A DNA stretch of 53,197 nt from Chromatiaceae bacterium (GTDB lineage Bacteria > Pseudomonadota > Gammaproteobacteria > Chromatiales > Chromatiaceae). Both the position numbers and the translations under genes were made by a program. Shown here in pieces: positions 50,571 to 53,197 of the stretch. The first letter of the stretch is position 1. Each line of letters starts with the position of its first letter. The stretch is from assembly GCA_041753195.1 (NCBI GenBank), contig JBGSUY010000125.1, forward strand, positions 1 to 53,197, given 5' to 3'. The notes under the pieces are model-generated. The model was not told where the DNA came from. It did no database searches and saw nothing but the letters and a program-made list of their open reading frames with translations.

Positions 50571-52577
50571 TCAGGTCGGCCTACGGCGGCGGCGGGGGCG
50601 AAAACCCCGAAGACGGCCCTTTAGTCGTTGCGTACCATCCGCGGAGCTGTCGGGCGAGTACCGCTCCCGGATGTACAGGGCAACGAAGTGTGCCACCGGC
50701 GCCGCCAGGTCCGGCCGGGTCAGGGCCACGCGGCGGGCGTAGTCGCTCGGACCCTCGTCAGCGCGCCGCGGAAGACCGGCCGCCGCCAAGCGCCGACAGA
50801 ACCGGTCATAGACCGCCTCCAAGGGGGACAGCCGGGTCCTTTGGGCCATGAGACCCCAGAGGGTCAGACCCAAGACCAGGCTGGCGGCGACCACCATGAG
50901 CACCGCCAATCCGGTCTCCCGAAGATCCTTGAGCCCGAGGCGGCGGAGTAGGGAGCGCTGGTGGTCCGGGGAGAAATCCAGCACCCATTCCTGCCAGGCG
51001 GCGTCCAGGCTGTCGGCCAAGAGGCGCGCCTGCCGCAGGGCGCGCACCAGCGGGCTCGACGGATCCATCTCGAAGCGCAGGGGGGCGTTGGCGCCGAGCA
51101 TGCGCGAGGCCCCTTGATTGTCCACCCTGGCGGGGTCCACCGCCGCCGTCGGATCCACCCGCACCCAGCCCCGGTCCGGGATCACGACCTCGGTCCAGGC
51201 GTGGGCATCTGACTGCCAGACCATGTGGTAGCCGCCGATGCGGTTGGGCTCGCCCCCGAGATACCCCAGTACCACCCGCGACGGGATGCCAGCCAGACGC
51301 ATCAGCACCGCGAAGCTGCTGGCGAAGTGCTCGCAGAATCCGCGCCGGGTCTCGAACAGGAATTCGTCCGTGGGATTGGCCCCGAGCCTGGGTGGGAGCA
51401 GGGTGTAGTGGAAGGCCTCCCGGTTGAAGAAGCGCAGACCGGTCTGGACCAGGGACCAGTGGTCCTCCGCCTCGAGCCGCCAACCGGCGACCAGGCGGCG
51501 CATACGTTCCGTGACGTTGGGTGGCAGCTGCAGGGCCCGCTGGATGACCCACTCCGGCGGTTCTCCGGTGCGGTAATCCAGGCCCGAGCGGAGCCGATAG
51601 CGTTTTGCGCTGGTGATGGGTTCCTTGGCAAGGAGCTGGAAATCCCCTGACCTGAGACTGGTCTCTGGGGTCTCCAATGGGAGGTCCAGGGCGAACAGCC
51701 AGCGCTGGCGGGTCGGCTCCAACAGGACCTCGTAGTCGACCGTCTCGCTCTGGTCGTGCAGCTCCATGGGGATTGGCCAGGTCGGGTCCAGTCCAGGGGA
51801 CCAGCCCCGCTCGTCCGGTTGCCAGAGGACTAGGCCCCGCCAATAGAGCCGATCCCCATCCGGTGGGGCCTGATCGAAGCGGGCCCGAAACGCCAGCTCC
51901 CCGTTCACCACCAGCTCGCTGATGGCCCCCGGCTCCAGCCGGTCGCTCATCCCCATGACCCCTACCCCGGGATCCAGGCCCAGGTTCCAGAGGGGCGCGC
52001 TGAGGCGCGGAAACAGCAGGAACAGGACCAGCGTCAGGGGCAGGGCCTGGGCGCAGAGCCTCAGGGCAACCCCCGACATTACGCGCAACCGGGGGGCACC
52101 CAGTCCGCCATTGAGGTCCACGAGGAGCATCACGAGGCCGATGGTGACCAGCCCCAGATAGCCCGCGAGGGCCATGGTCTCGTCGAACAGGAACTGGACC
52201 ACCACCAGGAACCCCAGCACCACCGCCACCACGCGCAGGTCCCGTCGGTCCCGGAGCTCGAGCAGCTTGAGGGCCACCATGGTGACGAAAAGGGCCGTAC
52301 CCCCCTGTTGCCCCGTCAGGTTGTGATGGACGGCGAGCGCGTTGGCCACCCCGGCCAGGGTGAGGATCACCAGGGCGAAGCGGCCGGGATGGGCCCTGGG
52401 CCAACGCAGGGCCGCGGCACGCAGGGTGAACAACAGGGCGACGAAGGCATTGATACGCCAGTCGAGGAAGCGGGCGAGGGGCAGATAGGCGAGCGCCGCC
52501 AGCAGGACGGTCGCCAGGACCTGAGCCCACTCAGGCGGTCCGTTGGTGAAGTCCGCTCGGGGTCTTGCCATGGTCAT
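50571..52577 (-). CDS. tgpA: TgpA-like membrane transglutaminase-domain protein (DUF3488 + TGase + DUF4129)
   Basis: N-terminal TM helices (LKLLE...RD), LF.LFPR, YWRG.V, GFCEHFASSF, DAHAWTEV, WVRVDPT catalytic triad. Confidence 0.88.
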   Translation of the reverse strand: MTMARPRADFTNGPPEWAQVLATVLLAALAYLPLARFLDWRINAFVALLFTLRAAALRWPRAHPGRFALVILTLAGVANALAVHHNLTGQQGGTALFVTMVALKLLELRDRRDLRVVAVVLGFLVVVQFLFDETMALAGYLGLVTIGLVMLLVDLNGGLGAPRLRVMSGVALRLCAQALPLTLVLFLLFPRLSAPLWNLGLDPGVGVMGMSDRLEPGAISELVVNGELAFRARFDQAPPDGDRLYWRGLVLWQPDERGWSPGLDPTWPIPMELHDQSETVDYEVLLEPTRQRWLFALDLPLETPETSLRSGDFQLLAKEPITSAKRYRLRSGLDYRTGEPPEWVIQRALQLPPNVTERMRRLVAGWRLEAEDHWSLVQTGLRFFNREAFHYTLLPPRLGANPTDEFLFETRRGFCEHFASSFAVLMRLAGIPSRVVLGYLGGEPNRIGGYHMVWQSDAHAWTEVVIPDRGWVRVDPTAAVDPARVDNQGASRMLGANAPLRFEMDPSSPLVRALRQARLLADSLDAAWQEWVLDFSPDHQRSLLRRLGLKDLRETGLAVLMVVAASLVLGLTLWGLMAQRTRLSPLEAVYDRFCRRLAAAGLPRRADEGPSDYARRVALTRPDLAAPVAHFVALYIRERYSPDSSADGTQRLKGRLRGFRPRRRRRPT

Positions 52578-53197
52578 AGAGGGCGAGCTCGGTAAGGCAG
52601 CGCTGCGCTTGGGCCTCCCCGCGCCCCAAGGGCACCTCGCGCCCGGGGAGCCGGAGACCGAAGCGCAGCCGGGCCTCCGCGGCATCCAAGACCTGGCGGG
52701 CCAGGAGGCTAATGCGTCGCTCCGGGTCAGCAACCCGCAGCCCATCCCAGTCGATCCAGAGGTCCTGACCCAGATCCCCCCCGAACTGCTTCACCACCAG
52801 GCCACGCTCGCGGGCCAGGGCCTTCCAATCCAGGTGCCGAGGGGAATCCCCGAGACGGTACTCCCGGGGACCCAGGAAATCGTCGGACCCTTCGCCCCCG
52901 GCAGCGGAATGACGCTGCGCCTGGCCACCAGCGGTCTGGGGTGTCGGCGCCTGGGCCGCCGGCCGTGGATAGATGAGGGTGCTTGCCTGACTGGCCACGA
53001 GGCACCAGGCACGAAAGAGTCCCATGGGATGGCGGGTCTCCACCTCGACCTCCGTAAGCGCCAGGGGCCCGCGTCGCTCGCTCGGTCGAAGGACGGCGAG
53101 GGTCTGCTGGTCCTGGGGCGCCAAGGGCACTGGGCCCGCTGGCTCGAGCCCGCCCGACGCAAGGAACCACTCAAGGCTTATGGACGCGACGCCGAAT
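52531..53197 (-). CDS. DUF58-domain protein (3' part; start outside the window)
   Basis: VETRHPMGLFRAW, IYPRP, DF.GPREYR.GDSPRHLDWKALAR, VVKQF; typical MoxR-DUF58-tgpA order. Confidence 0.85.
   Translation of the reverse strand, partial: FGVASISLEWFLASGGLEPAGPVPLAPQDQQTLAVLRPSERRGPLALTEVEVETRHPMGLFRAWCLVASQASTLIYPRPAAQAPTPQTAGGQAQRHSAAGGEGSDDFLGPREYRLGDSPRHLDWKALARERGLVVKQFGGDLGQDLWIDWDGLRVADPERRISLLARQVLDAAEARLRFGLRLPGREVPLGRGEAQAQRCLTELALYDHGKTPSGLHQRTA

Noticed and set aside
50806..52530. 574-aa alternative-frame ORF and other long shadow ORFs (e.g. 2588-3769, 11442-12611, 18667-19689, 45260-46171)
   Set aside because: They overlap well-supported genes and are antisense mirrors or Arg/Gly/Pro-rich, as expected in GC-rich DNA.

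Overview
GC-rich gammaproteobacterial chromosome segment spanning the replication origin; Chromatiaceae-like by gene order and content (inference). Left: a minus-strand run envC-ctpA-DJ-1-WecA/WbpL-like-WbpM-like-gspEFGHI', then ArsR-rhodanese-secB-gpsA, trmL, two hypotheticals, and glnA-DUF4124-ntrB-ntrC with a sigma54 promoter and an NtrC site. Middle: glyQS-MazG-like-gmhB-plsC, then gyrB-dnaN-dnaA with no recF (a parS palindrome sits in its place) and a likely oriC between dnaA and dnaN, then rpmH-rnpA-yidD-yidC-mnmE. A ~15.4 kb satellite-like island (35164-50570) is integrated in the 3' end of mnmE. It has a 13-bp att core, TGTTCCC arm-type repeats, a P4-type integrase, an int-alpA-like RNA, AlpA, a PriCT-2/Toprim/D5 primase-helicase, decayed small genes and an overlapping defence gene chain (type III R-M Mod-Res, 42-codon bridge ORF, DarT-DarG). 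The chromosome resumes with tgpA-like and DUF58 genes. Most notable: precise excision would destroy the MnmE CIGK C-terminus; a perfect 21-bp inverted repeat brackets the helicase domain inside the primase gene; the R-M and DarTG genes appear translationally chained; parS is retained where recF is missing, inside a zone of visibly lower GC. No rRNA, tRNA or CRISPR array was recognised. All family assignments come from motif recognition by eye, not database searches.
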